Virus record (IMG/VR): IMGVR_UViG_2563366976_000013
Origin: a virus
Taxonomy: Duplodnaviria > Heunggongvirae > Uroviricota > Caudoviricetes
Reading direction: 5' to 3' (one strand)
Length of the DNA: 43,386 bases
The notes below the pieces were generated by a model, which ran no database searches, had not been told where the DNA came from, and saw only the letters and a list, made by a program, of their open reading frames with translations. The stretch's first letter is position 1, and every line of letters starts with the position of its first letter. Position numbers and translations under genes: made by a program. Below are positions 27,414-36,645 of this stretch, piece after piece.

Positions 27414-28262
27414 ATGAAAAACTTTAAGGTAATTAGTATGTTCGAATCGTTCAAAGAGCTGTTTTTATCTACTGCCAATACTGCCGTGCATCGAGCTAAA
27501 AACCCTGTGCTTGGTGCTTTTGTTATGTCCTGGTGCGCCTTCAACTGGAAATCACTTCTTTATCTGTTTTTTAGCAAATCAAATATAATAGATAAAATTT
27601 CATACATCTCAGATAACAGCACATGGAAAACTGTTATGTTTTATCCATGCTTATCTGTAATTACTATCTGCTGCCTATTACCATGGGTAAACAATATCAT
27701 TAACGTATGGCAAGCAAAACCTCTTGATAATAATGACTCAATCGAAAACCACCGGAAGGCAAGAAAAATACAACGTGAAACACGGCTACAGAGATTGCTG
27801 GCTAAAAAAGACATTACTTACGAAAAAGTAAAAACAGGCGCTGAAAAAAACATTCAAGACATGAAAGAGGAAATAATTCTTTCAAAAGACAGAATGGGAC
27901 AACTCACATCTGAATTGAAAGAGAGGGAGACAGAACTGCGCGCAGCACAAGCTCGTATTTTAGAATTATCTAAGGTTATTGATGAAACAACATCTAAACT
28001 AGAAAATCTAGAAAAAACTCACAAAAATTTAAAAAACGAATATGAGTCCTATAAGAAAAACATTCCTTTGGCAACAAATAATACAATTGCTAATGGGCTT
28101 GTAGGTCTAAAATCATTACAAGACTTTAATGAGTCCGTAAAGAAACTTGGCGTTACTGGAATTAACAATCCAGAAATCAGTACATTATTGAATAATCCTC
28201 TAGTAAATATAAATGGTGATTTAAATTCCACCTATCAAAGAAAATCAAAAACACAAAAGTAA
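27414..28262 (+). CDS. AT-rich moron: membrane-anchored coiled-coil protein (candidate abortive-infection/exclusion factor)
   Basis: 283 aa from ATG 27414; two hydrophobic helices then long Lys/Glu-rich coiled coil; low GC vs flanks; opposite strand to late operon, inserted between terL and portal. Confidence 0.55.
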   Translation: MKNFKVISMFESFKELFLSTANTAVHRAKNPVLGAFVMSWCAFNWKSLLYLFFSKSNIIDKISYISDNSTWKTVMFYPCLSVITICCLLPWVNNIINVWQAKPLDNNDSIENHRKARKIQRETRLQRLLAKKDITYEKVKTGAEKNIQDMKEEIILSKDRMGQLTSELKERETELRAAQARILELSKVIDETTSKLENLEKTHKNLKNEYESYKKNIPLATNNTIANGLVGLKSLQDFNESVKKLGVTGINNPEISTLLNNPLVNINGDLNSTYQRKSKTQK

Positions 28263-28265
28263 AAA

Positions 28266-29735
28266 TCATTCAAATGGGTCATAGTCTGTTATAGCCCTGC
28301 CCTGCTGCTGCCGTGGGTCATTAGTTTTCTTGGCTACCGGGAACGCAAACGTCAGCAGTAGCGCATCGCCTTTACCAGGAGAACGCCCAAGCCGCTCCTT
28401 GATATCTTCCTTCGGTTCGATAACGATTTTACCGTCCACTCGAACTTTGTACTCTGCCGCCGACAGGTCGTCCGCTGTTTCCTGGTCATCAAGCATGCCG
28501 CCCAGCCTCAGCCATGTCTTGCATGAGTTGAACATCTCCCCACGCTTGTTGAGCATCTGCGGGTCAGTAGACGCGCCACCAAACGGAACAAGTTGCCATG
28601 TACGACCCCAGCCGTCACCGATTGACTTCAGACCAGTTCCGTAACCGAAGTCGATGAACACTGCGTCAGCCTGGTACTGGTCTTCAAAGTCAGCGATACG
28701 CTTCGCCATTATCAGATCGTCAGTGGTCTTGTTGCCAGTCCACAGCACCTTACTGTGTAGCCCCTGCCGCAGGTATATCACAGCGTCATCAACGCCGGAG
28801 TATGCCGGGTCAACGCCGATTATCACCGGAGCATGTGCAACCTGCGCAGCGGTTACCACCCGTTTCATTGCCTCGTCAGTAAGACCGGTAGGGATAAACT
28901 GCAATTCAGATGCATCAGGGAATATGCCACGCACACGGATTTTAACGAAGTCGCTGTCTTCCCCGTAGTCATCAACCCATTTCTGCAACTGCTGTTTGTT
29001 GGTACCTTCCACCGTCCGACTGTCAATCTGCGCAGTTTTCCAGCGGTGTTTATACTTGCGGAAACATTCACGGAAACGTCCGGTATTACGCGTCGGGTTT
29101 CCGAACGCCACCCAGATAATCTCAGTGTCTTCGTCCGTAAGCGCACCCTCAGCAACTTCCCACACCAGATCCGCAATGTTCGACGCTTCATCGAATACCA
29201 CGATGATGCGTTTGCGCTCGTTGTGTAGTCCGGCGAATGCCTCAGTGTTGTGCTCAGACCAGGGGATTGCGTCAGCTCGCCACCGCTTGTCGTGCCCAGG
29301 ATCATTGCTGTACATCGCAGTAGCGGTACAGGTAAACCAGTCTTTCGTGATAGCAAGGTTCGACCACTTGATAATTTCCGGCCAGGTCTTCGTTCGTAGC
29401 TGGTTGTCGGTGTTGGCGGTCACCACGACCTTACAATCCTCGCAAGTGGACATGCCCCAGTTGATCAGCATTGAGATGAATGCGGATTTACCAATACCGT
29501 GACCAGAAGCGCGTGCCAGCATAAGCGGCTGATAGCGCGTCTCTGGATTCTGCAGGTGATCACGTATCTCTCGGAACGCATCGGCCTGCCACTGACGTGG
29601 ACCGGTGGCATGTGCCAGTTCAGTACCCTCTTCCCCCCACGGGAACGCATAGAGGGCATAGCCAAGCGGATCGTGAGTGAACCCTGCAATATCCTCGATC
29701 AACTGCTCTTCAGGAGATAACGCTGTATCTGTCAC
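28266..29735 (-). CDS. terL: Terminase large subunit
   Basis: Walker A-like GHGIGKS, nuclease-type acidic motifs in C-half; GTG start overlapping terS stop. Confidence 0.85.
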   Translation of the reverse strand: MTDTALSPEEQLIEDIAGFTHDPLGYALYAFPWGEEGTELAHATGPRQWQADAFREIRDHLQNPETRYQPLMLARASGHGIGKSAFISMLINWGMSTCEDCKVVVTANTDNQLRTKTWPEIIKWSNLAITKDWFTCTATAMYSNDPGHDKRWRADAIPWSEHNTEAFAGLHNERKRIIVVFDEASNIADLVWEVAEGALTDEDTEIIWVAFGNPTRNTGRFRECFRKYKHRWKTAQIDSRTVEGTNKQQLQKWVDDYGEDSDFVKIRVRGIFPDASELQFIPTGLTDEAMKRVVTAAQVAHAPVIIGVDPAYSGVDDAVIYLRQGLHSKVLWTGNKTTDDLIMAKRIADFEDQYQADAVFIDFGYGTGLKSIGDGWGRTWQLVPFGGASTDPQMLNKRGEMFNSCKTWLRLGGMLDDQETADDLSAAEYKVRVDGKIVIEPKEDIKERLGRSPGKGDALLLTFAFPVAKKTNDPRQQQGRAITDYDPFE

Positions 29736-30328
29736 TGATTACCATCCTGACGTTCTTTGAGTCGCTTCCTGGCTGCTGCTATGCGATCAGCAATTGTCAC
29801 ATTCACATTAACATCCAGACGTTCTTTGAACGCGTTGACATCAACATGCTTACCAATCAGCTCAAGGTTCTTCACCTTGTCAGGCCATTTAATTTTTTTG
29901 AGGATTGTCTCTATCGAATCCTCGTTCATGTTCATGATGGTCGATGACAGATCAAAGCCACTAAGCGTAGTGCGCCAGATTTTCGGCCACTCACGGATTG
30001 GTTTAAGGCTCCCATCGTCGTTGAGGATGTCGATCACGTCCATCTGGTCGATCTCCACCAGGCGCATGAGAACGTAATCAGCACTGACACGCATTCGTTT
30101 GTTGCGCTCCTCCATCAACTCGGCAATCCGTTTTTGAATGCGTTCATCGCGCATCATGACACTGGCTTTAACTGCCGCTGTATTTGGGGAGAATCCTGCG
30201 TTAATCGCTGCCTGAGTCTGGTTTTCAGGCGTTTTGATGTATGACTGGCAATAAGCCTCCTGCATTGCTGTTAGTGGCTTAAATTGCGTTGATTTGCGTT
30301 TATAGGTTTTAGGTTCAGCAGGCATCAT
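29732..30328 (-). CDS. terS: Terminase small subunit
   Basis: Position immediately upstream of terL with overlap; start placed at MMPAEPK with RBS GGTGG (ORF track extends to 30406). Confidence 0.6.
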   Translation of the reverse strand: MMPAEPKTYKRKSTQFKPLTAMQEAYCQSYIKTPENQTQAAINAGFSPNTAAVKASVMMRDERIQKRIAELMEERNKRMRVSADYVLMRLVEIDQMDVIDILNDDGSLKPIREWPKIWRTTLSGFDLSSTIMNMNEDSIETILKKIKWPDKVKNLELIGKHVDVNAFKERLDVNVNVTIADRIAAARKRLKERQDGNQ

Positions 30329-30446
30329 AACCACCGTGGTAATAGTTACCGTTTTGGTAATAGTACCATGCAAAATAAAGCCGCCATAGTTGGCGGCAGT
30401 ATTCAAAACCCGTCAAATTCATCATGCATAATCTACTCGTGACATG

Positions 30447-30785
30447 TCACACTATTAATTTCGTTTCATGCCAGCCTTTGGTCACCCAGCATTGCGAGTC
30501 ACCATTACACGGGCATGAATTAACTGGAACTCTCTCGCCGCACTTACCGCAACGTTTTCTGCTGATCGATTTTATACGCCCGCGCACCCGGGCATCATCC
30601 TGGCGGATCAGCAGCGCGATGTACTCGGCCATTTCATAGGGATCTCGACCAGGGCGCCGGGCGGCGCAGTTCCGCTCCAGCATTTCAATTTCCTGAGCAT
30701 CAAGCACAATCTCCAGCTTACGCACACCAGATGCAGCTTGTCTGGCTCTCTGAGCGGCTTTGCGCTCTGCTGCTGATTTAGCCAT
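30447..30785 (-). CDS. Zinc-finger protein, candidate late-gene regulator
   Basis: Cys cluster CGKCGERVPVNSCPC in C-terminus; basic N-terminus; last early gene before terminase. Confidence 0.35.
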   Translation of the reverse strand: MAKSAAERKAAQRARQAASGVRKLEIVLDAQEIEMLERNCAARRPGRDPYEMAEYIALLIRQDDARVRGRIKSISRKRCGKCGERVPVNSCPCNGDSQCWVTKGWHETKLIV

Positions 30786-31059
30786 CAATATTTACCTTTA
30801 TCGCGTATACCTTTACCGGTTTATCGCCGAAGTGGGGATGTGTGATTGTCTTGATTTCATATCCGTCATACGGGACGTCAATTCTACGACTGGAGTCGTC
30901 GCGCTTCGGATATCCCTTTGTGATAATCAGTCGGTCATAATCCCTGAACATAATTCGCTTATTCCAGTAGTCATTACACAGGCGATACTCTTCCGTTTTC
31001 TCTCCGCGAATGATGGCATCGAAGTATTCACCTTTAACGGCTAGTTGCAGGTTAGCCAC
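30778..31059 (-). CDS. ASCH/PUA-like domain protein
   Basis: GTG start with perfect AGGAGG RBS; YFDAI..G.KT.E.R motif typical of ASCH-type small barrels. Confidence 0.5.
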   Translation of the reverse strand: MANLQLAVKGEYFDAIIRGEKTEEYRLCNDYWNKRIMFRDYDRLIITKGYPKRDDSSRRIDVPYDGYEIKTITHPHFGDKPVKVYAIKVNIDG

Positions 31060-31927
31060 GGTTAACCTCCTGCGGCGGTTCTGGTAGAGGCATCCAGTGT
31101 GACGGTTTCCACGACGCACCAGGAATTATCCACCCATCATTAGCGTCAGGATGCCCCGGGATGTAAGTAGCCCATTTCATTCGCCAGTCACCTTTCCTGT
31201 CAAACTCCACGGCAACAAGAACGGCTGTTTTGGTATTCGGCATTCGCTCACTACAGCTTATCCAACCATCCGGAGTTACCGGAACTTGCGGAATGGCTGT
31301 CTGCTCTCGAACGTCATTAGGCGCTATAGGTTCTGCTGCCAACTGACTGGCATATTTGTTAATGGTAACGATAAGCTCTTGCTCAGCCTCATCCAGACAA
31401 TCACCGATACCTCGCCTGTCACCGTCAAAATCATCGAAATCGGCACGAATCTTGGCAACCTTCTGGATTGCGGACAACACCTCACTAGGAATTACCGGAT
31501 AGTTGGTTGACGTTTCCGCGATTTCCCGAAAATTATTGGTTGACGAATTCTTGTTTTCCCGAAAGTTTCCGGACTGAAGCATGGCGGCGCGGCAGGCGTT
31601 CCAGCCTCTCACCTCTGCAATAGCGGCAACAGCATCAACCGCGTACATGCTAAGAGGATTAGGCATTGGTTTTTCTTCCGGTACTACTGGAACGGGGGGA
31701 GCGGCGTAGACCTCAATAATTCCATTATCAATAGGCCATTCTCCATCCTTGAGGTAGTCACTTGTGCCGTCAACTTGCTGTTCTGCAATGTGGAATGCAC
31801 CTATTGGTTTTGCTTCCAGTGATGCCAGTGCAATTCGTGCCAGTTCCATTTGTTCGCCACGAGTAAGTCCGTTATCAAGCGGATTTTTAATGAATAATTC
31901 GATACGTTCTTTGGTTATAGCGCTCAT
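31052..31927 (-). CDS. Hypothetical protein with DUF551-like C-terminal domain
   Basis: C-terminal DGWISCSERMP...W..PSHWMPLPEPP resembles the phage DUF551 domain; start at MSAITKE overlapping upstream stop. Confidence 0.45.
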   Translation of the reverse strand: MSAITKERIELFIKNPLDNGLTRGEQMELARIALASLEAKPIGAFHIAEQQVDGTSDYLKDGEWPIDNGIIEVYAAPPVPVVPEEKPMPNPLSMYAVDAVAAIAEVRGWNACRAAMLQSGNFRENKNSSTNNFREIAETSTNYPVIPSEVLSAIQKVAKIRADFDDFDGDRRGIGDCLDEAEQELIVTINKYASQLAAEPIAPNDVREQTAIPQVPVTPDGWISCSERMPNTKTAVLVAVEFDRKGDWRMKWATYIPGHPDANDGWIIPGASWKPSHWMPLPEPPQEVNRG

Positions 31928-31928
31928 A

Positions 31929-32657
31929 TCACTCTCCTTTGATGCGAATGCCAGCGACGCGTGGCACATTAACTTCCACGATGCGCACAGTTGGTTTGTA
32001 CATCTCAATCGCTGTCAGCCAGTCAGCGCCAGTCATGCGCTTTTCTGCATCGCCATTAGTCCACTTAACCGGTACACCAATAGCCTTCATCGCGATTTCT
32101 ATTTCCCCGGCAATGGCGCTTTTTCCGCAACCAGTAAAACCAGAAACAACGACAAGAACTTCGCCTTTGGCTGGTTTTATTTCCCGCGCTTCCAGTTCTG
32201 CTATGCGCTTCTCTGATGCTTCAAGTAACGCCTGCTTATCGCGTAGCGCTTCTTCCAGTTCAGCAACATGGCACTCACTATCAATAAGGTTGTTCTCTGC
32301 GGCTTCCAGCTCAACACGCAGCTTCCCTACCGTTAGCGCAATATCCTCGTTCTCCTGATCGCGGCTTTTGATGTATTGCAGGTTTCTTTCCCGTTCATCC
32401 AGCAGTGCCAGCACGGTAGCTGGATTGGCTGCGGCGATGAATTCAGCATTGGCCTGCTGCTCCATTTGGAAATCTTCATAGAAACGGCTTTCTGGATGCG
32501 CTCCTTCAATTCTGCAAATGGGAATATATCCAGCAACTTCACGATGAATTAGTGCATCATCACCATCAAATCGGCCATCTCCATATTCGAGCGACCACTC
32601 GCCACACGTTGCTTTCTCTGCCGCCTCACGCAGTGCCTGATAGTCAATCTTGCTCAC
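31929..32657 (-). CDS. Ea22-like early protein (coiled coil)
   Basis: Coiled-coil central region with LEEALRDKQALLEASEKRIAELEA; typical lambdoid early-region family. Confidence 0.5.
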   Translation of the reverse strand: MSKIDYQALREAAEKATCGEWSLEYGDGRFDGDDALIHREVAGYIPICRIEGAHPESRFYEDFQMEQQANAEFIAAANPATVLALLDERERNLQYIKSRDQENEDIALTVGKLRVELEAAENNLIDSECHVAELEEALRDKQALLEASEKRIAELEAREIKPAKGEVLVVVSGFTGCGKSAIAGEIEIAMKAIGVPVKWTNGDAEKRMTGADWLTAIEMYKPTVRIVEVNVPRVAGIRIKGE

Positions 32658-33166
32658 TGGTTGCCTCCTTTGCGAAGCTGGGCGGCGATATCTTCGAGAA
32701 CGCCATCAGAGAATGAGCGGTCAAAATCGCCTTCCGGCGCATTAGCCATAAACTCAGTAGAGGTAAGAATCATCCGGGCAATATCCGCGGCGTTCTTCGC
32801 AGTATCATCAATAAAACCAGCTTCCCAGGCAGCCAGCATTCTGTTCGCCACAAAGTAAGCGCCCTCCTTGCGTGCTTCAGTCTTCACTTCAGCCAGGAAA
32901 GCGTCGGTGGCTGGGGTTTCCGTGAAGTTGTCCTCCCAACCGTAGTACTCCTGACGACAGAAGTTATTAAATTCCTTCTCCGACTGTTTAAGCCCCGCAT
33001 TCTCCGCCGCCAGCGCATTAGCACGCACCAGTTGCACTTCCAGTTGCGTTGCCAAATCGCTGATCAGCTTTGCCACACTGCGCATATCAACGGCACCACA
33101 TTCTGCTTTCAGTTCCGAAGCCATCTCATGCCCGGCGGCAACTAACCCTTTGATATTACTTTCCAT
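32654..33166 (-). CDS. Hypothetical early protein
   Basis: 170 aa, 4-nt overlap with downstream gene. Confidence 0.4.
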   Translation of the reverse strand: MESNIKGLVAAGHEMASELKAECGAVDMRSVAKLISDLATQLEVQLVRANALAAENAGLKQSEKEFNNFCRQEYYGWEDNFTETPATDAFLAEVKTEARKEGAYFVANRMLAAWEAGFIDDTAKNAADIARMILTSTEFMANAPEGDFDRSFSDGVLEDIAAQLRKGGNQ

Positions 33167-33227
33167 CTTTATCCTCGCTTATCCACATAACTTATTGATT
33201 ACATTGATAACTAAAAAGATCGTCGAT

Positions 33228-33836
33228 TCATGCCGATCTATTTTTCATCAGTGATTCATAAAACTTTTGCCACTTATGCCGACCGAAATTAGCCTTCGAG
33301 TTACAGCTCGAACAAAGGCAAATAAGGTTCTCCTGACGACAGTCTTGCTTGTCGTAATTGATGTGATGAGTTGTTAGCCTTTTGTCTGTTCCATCACAAC
33401 CTGGGTTCTGACAAGTAAAACCATCTCGCTCAATAACCCTCTTGCTCGTTTCTCGGAAATCCCACGGATACGGCAATCTCGATAATCCACCAGACCAGTT
33501 TGGATTTCCTTCCCCCTTCATCAGAGAAGAACGCATTATGTTGGAACACTGTTTCGAGCAGCATTTATGACGCTTCTCATGACTCAAGAAAACGGAGAAC
33601 GAAGATCCGCATACGCAGCATATTTTTAATACTCGCTTTAGTTCCCGATTTACCGTCTTGCCTCGCTGTGAAATTCCTACACACTGAAGTGAGCAGAACC
33701 TTGAAGATGAGTTGGCTCGCTTAACCTGATATTGCCTGCCACATACGGAACAAACCTTTTCGATTTTCCCACCCTTCCAATTCGGGTTTTTATCACCGGA
33801 TACAATCAATCCCGCAGCATTGGGCTTCTCGCTCAT
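33228..33836 (-). CDS. HNH endonuclease with N-terminal zinc-ribbon repeats
   Basis: HNH core TTHHINYDKQDCRQENLICLCSSCN; two NPNWKGG/NPNWSGG repeats with Cys pairs. Confidence 0.7.
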   Translation of the reverse strand: MSEKPNAAGLIVSGDKNPNWKGGKIEKVCSVCGRQYQVKRANSSSRFCSLQCVGISQRGKTVNRELKRVLKICCVCGSSFSVFLSHEKRHKCCSKQCSNIMRSSLMKGEGNPNWSGGLSRLPYPWDFRETSKRVIERDGFTCQNPGCDGTDKRLTTHHINYDKQDCRQENLICLCSSCNSKANFGRHKWQKFYESLMKNRSA

Positions 33837-34186
33837 AGTTCCTCAACCTCCCATCCACCACCGAGCTTTTTAGGTTTTGGATAAGCAACCTGAAAGACAA
33901 ACGGATAGCTGTCTGCCGCAACCTTCATCTTGACTCTCGCATCGTCAGTAAAGACTGACTTACTTCCCTTAACGTCCACCATCACCAACTGCCCGTCAGC
34001 CAACATCACGGCAAAATCTACAGTCAGGAAGCAGTTGTCAGCTAACCGCAGCTTGATACCCTCGAATCGATACCAGGCGATTTCCCCTGCACGTTTACGC
34101 TGCTCAAGGTGCTGGCAATACGCAGATTCTGTTTTGTTCATCTGGCCTGTTTTGAGTCGACCAAGAGCCTGTATCTGTTTTCTCAT
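33833..34186 (-). CDS. DUF1064-like protein (putative nuclease fold)
   Basis: Pattern SAYCQHLE..K.AGEI.WY.FEG.KL.L......VDF.V......V.VDVKG. Confidence 0.5.
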   Translation of the reverse strand: MRKQIQALGRLKTGQMNKTESAYCQHLEQRKRAGEIAWYRFEGIKLRLADNCFLTVDFAVMLADGQLVMVDVKGSKSVFTDDARVKMKVAADSYPFVFQVAYPKPKKLGGGWEVEEL

Positions 34187-34189
34187 GAT

Positions 34190-34266
34190 TTACCCTTGAG
34201 GTAATTAAAAACCACATAAGACACGAAATCAATAGATTTTAGAATATTTTATTACCCAACAGGTAA
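34190..34266 (-). promoter_or_regulatory. Internal early promoter bracketed by two operator palindromes
   Basis: TTACCcttgaGGTAA (34190-34204) and TTACCcaacaGGTAA (34252-34266); minus-strand -35 TTGATT / -10 TTTAAT between them. Confidence 0.45.
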
Positions 34267-34303
34267 TTATCAAGACGTAAAAAAATGCGCTATCGCGCTG
34301 GTA

Positions 34304-35086
34304 TTACTTGATAAATCCTGCCGCCTTTCCCCGCCTGTATTCCTCCATCAGCCACTGCGCCGGTGTTATTCCCCCAAGGGTGGCGGCGTTAGGCATGCAC
34401 CCGAAACTTCGCCCTGGTGGATGGTAAACGTCTCTCCCTGTGTCCGGAGGTGTACTCATGGGCTCTCGCTTTGCCTGTATGCTGATCACCGGATCGGGTA
34501 TCTGCTGTCCGGAAGCTACCTTTTTCGCCCAATCATCGAGCAGCCTGCGCGCGTGTTTCTCAACCTCAATCTCGCTAAGCTGGCGCTGATACATTGCACG
34601 GCGGGTATCACATACGACCCAGTACATAACCGGATGTCGCCACGGGAATCTTTCGGGACCACCAGGATATAAACTTTTTTCCTTGCTGTACCGGTGAAAC
34701 TCCGCCATCACATCGTCAATGGTGACGCCAAGAACCATCTTGCTGTCTTTGCACCACTTGATAAATTGCCCTGGCGACGGCCAGAACGGAGATTCACTGG
34801 CGCGGGCGTGGCGCATACCAGCGTTAACCTGTTCCATTGTTGTGATCCCATTCTCCAGAAACGCAAGCATCCATTGTTTTCGAAATTCGTTTAGCTTTCC
34901 TTGCTCGCTGATAGCAGCGATGCTGCCTGGAAATGCAGCCTGTAACTGGACAAACATTTCGTTGAAAATTCTTGCAACCTGCTCCTTCTTTGCCCTTTCA
35001 TCGTCAGCAGAAGCAACCGCCGTCGAGTGGTCATGCCCACCACGAAAGCGATCGTACTCATTAAGAAGTTCTGGAGTTGATTTCAT
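34304..35086 (-). CDS. Replication protein P-like (helicase loader)
   Basis: Strong colinear match to lambda P as recalled (FRKQWMLAFLENGITTMEQVNAGMRHAR...PFWPSPGQFIKWC); RBS GAGGTG. Confidence 0.8.
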   Translation of the reverse strand: MKSTPELLNEYDRFRGGHDHSTAVASADDERAKKEQVARIFNEMFVQLQAAFPGSIAAISEQGKLNEFRKQWMLAFLENGITTMEQVNAGMRHARASESPFWPSPGQFIKWCKDSKMVLGVTIDDVMAEFHRYSKEKSLYPGGPERFPWRHPVMYWVVCDTRRAMYQRQLSEIEVEKHARRLLDDWAKKVASGQQIPDPVISIQAKREPMSTPPDTGRDVYHPPGRSFGCMPNAATLGGITPAQWLMEEYRRGKAAGFIK

Positions 35087-35894
35087 CCCACACCTCATCT
35101 ATCCAGTCAGTGTTATGCCAGTCAAGGCTCTTTCTGACTTCACCTGATTTCTGTCTACAGAACTGGATGCGCCTTGCCAGCTTCTGCTCCCACTGTGCCT
35201 GATGGTATGCCTTACCCTCAGCCATCCAGTAAATTCTGAACTCTGCAAGTTCCTGTGCCGTTGGCAGACTGTCCAGGTAGATCCCCTGCAATGAGCTTTT
35301 CCGAAGAAAGTCATCTGATGGCTGCCATTGTTCATGCATGACAAATTTGCCTAATTGCCCTGGCCCACCAGGAGGAACAAAGTTATTCATCACGGCGTTG
35401 TTTGCGCCGGGGTCATGAGGCACAGAATCCCCGCTTTTTGTCCTGCTCTCCCTCTCTTGGTTAAATGACTGGTTATATGACTGGTTCTGGATCCCGTTTT
35501 TGGGATCATTCAACATCCCGTTTTTGGGATCATTCAACATCCCGTTTTTGGGTATATTCCCGTTTTCGGGTATATTCCCGTTTTCGGGTTCATTGCCCCC
35601 CTCCCGGTTGCCTTTAATGTTCCCGTTTTTGGTTATATTAAGAGAGAAAACCCGCACTCTTTTTGTCGCTCCCTTTCTCTCTCCGGTATCTGAAATAAGC
35701 CCCATTTTCATGAGCGATATAAGCCCGGCCTGCACGGTTTTTTTATTCAGGCAAGTGTCTTTAACGAGGCGTTCTATGCTGGGGTAGCAGAGGTTATATT
35801 CATCGGCTCTGTCAGCCATCGAGAGCAGTATGAGCTTTAATGATGAGCTACCTGGATCTGTCTCCCAGGCCCAATCTGTTGCATGTCTGCTCAT
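35061..35894 (-). CDS. Replication initiator O-like protein (contains origin iterons)
   Basis: Position upstream of P; internal repeat NGNIPENGNIPKNGMLNDPKNGMLNDPKNG encoded by DNA iterons. Confidence 0.65.
   Translation of the reverse strand: MSRHATDWAWETDPGSSSLKLILLSMADRADEYNLCYPSIERLVKDTCLNKKTVQAGLISLMKMGLISDTGERKGATKRVRVFSLNITKNGNIKGNREGGNEPENGNIPENGNIPKNGMLNDPKNGMLNDPKNGIQNQSYNQSFNQERESRTKSGDSVPHDPGANNAVMNNFVPPGGPGQLGKFVMHEQWQPSDDFLRKSSLQGIYLDSLPTAQELAEFRIYWMAEGKAYHQAQWEQKLARRIQFCRQKSGEVRKSLDWHNTDWIDEVWDEINSRTS
35491..35640. repeat. Replication origin iterons
   Basis: Six or more copies of CCCGTTTT(T/C)GGG-containing 18-24 bp units, followed by AT-rich tract. Confidence 0.65.
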
Positions 35895-35909
35895 GATTAA
35901 TCTCCGCTA

Positions 35910-36173
35910 TCAGCTTGAGTGTTGTGGGGAGGAATTAATCATGATCTGCTTAATCTCTGCCCTGATGCGACGGTTTGATTCCATGGTGCACTCAACACAG
36001 TGTCCGTTGTAAACCCAGCGTTCACTGTCATGTCCATGCTTACATGGTTTTCCGGTGTAGTAGCGTTTAAGTCCGCGCTTTGCGGCATCAATACGTGTAA
36101 TGATTTCCATGGTAAGCCCTGTTATTAGTATTGGGATTACGGTCATTTTGTGCTGACACAAAAAAAAGATCAA
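35910..36173 (-). CDS. Small zinc-binding protein in cII-equivalent position (probable start 36110)
   Basis: CKHGH...CVEC motif; between Cro-like and O-like genes. Confidence 0.35.
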   Translation of the reverse strand: MIFFLCQHKMTVIPILITGLTMEIITRIDAAKRGLKRYYTGKPCKHGHDSERWVYNGHCVECTMESNRRIRAEIKQIMINSSPQHSS

Positions 36174-36260
36174 CCAGATTTGGTTTTTTATTACCTTTGA
36201 GGTACGAATAGATATGAAAAGACCGCCGGGTGGCGGTCTACAGAGGGTTGTAGCTGGATA

Positions 36261-36491
36261 TCATGAGTAGAAGAAGTATGCCAGTTCTGCTTTTGAGCGC
36301 AGCCATTGTCTTGTTTTACAGGCTTTAAAAAGCCCATTCATCAATACCTTACCTGGCATTTTGCGCTTACCTGTTAAGTGAGTCTGGATATAGTGACTCG
36401 TCGTTCCGGCTTCCTGTGCGAAGGCTTCACGCTCATCCGGAGTAAGTGCAAGCCAGTGCTTTTTGAAATCGAAATGTCCGTTATCGCTCAT
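36261..36491 (-). CDS. Cro-like HTH regulator
   Basis: 76 aa, first gene of early-right operon divergent from repressor gene. Confidence 0.5.
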   Translation of the reverse strand: MSDNGHFDFKKHWLALTPDEREAFAQEAGTTSHYIQTHLTGKRKMPGKVLMNGLFKACKTRQWLRSKAELAYFFYS

Positions 36492-36527
36492 AGCTATTGC
36501 CTGATATTTATTTCAGATAATAAATAT

Positions 36528-36590
36528 TCACCCATAAGGTAACAAAAATCAAGGATAGTTACCTGTGGGGTGCATTTACCTGTTGGGTAA
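36528..36590. promoter_or_regulatory. Tripartite immunity operator O1-O3 with divergent promoters
   Basis: O1 TCACCcataaGGTAA (36528-36542), O2 TTACCtgtggGGTGC (36559-36573), O3 TTACCtgttgGGTAA (36576-36590); minus-strand -35 TTGTTA / -10 TATTAT overlaps O1. Confidence 0.55.
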
Positions 36591-36645
36591 TATTGCTTTA
36601 AATTGAATCATCTACTGATTCATATATGAGGCGATTTTCCAGAAA

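Noticed and set aside
35500-35787. ORF 35500..35787 (+) with repeated FLGSFNIPFLG peptide
   Set aside because: It is the antisense translation of the origin iterons inside the O-like gene.
36501-36516. Palindrome CTGATATTTATTTCAG near the cro-like start, superficially LexA-box-like
   Set aside because: Half-sites are CTGA/TCAG rather than CTGT/ACAG; does not meet the SOS-box core.
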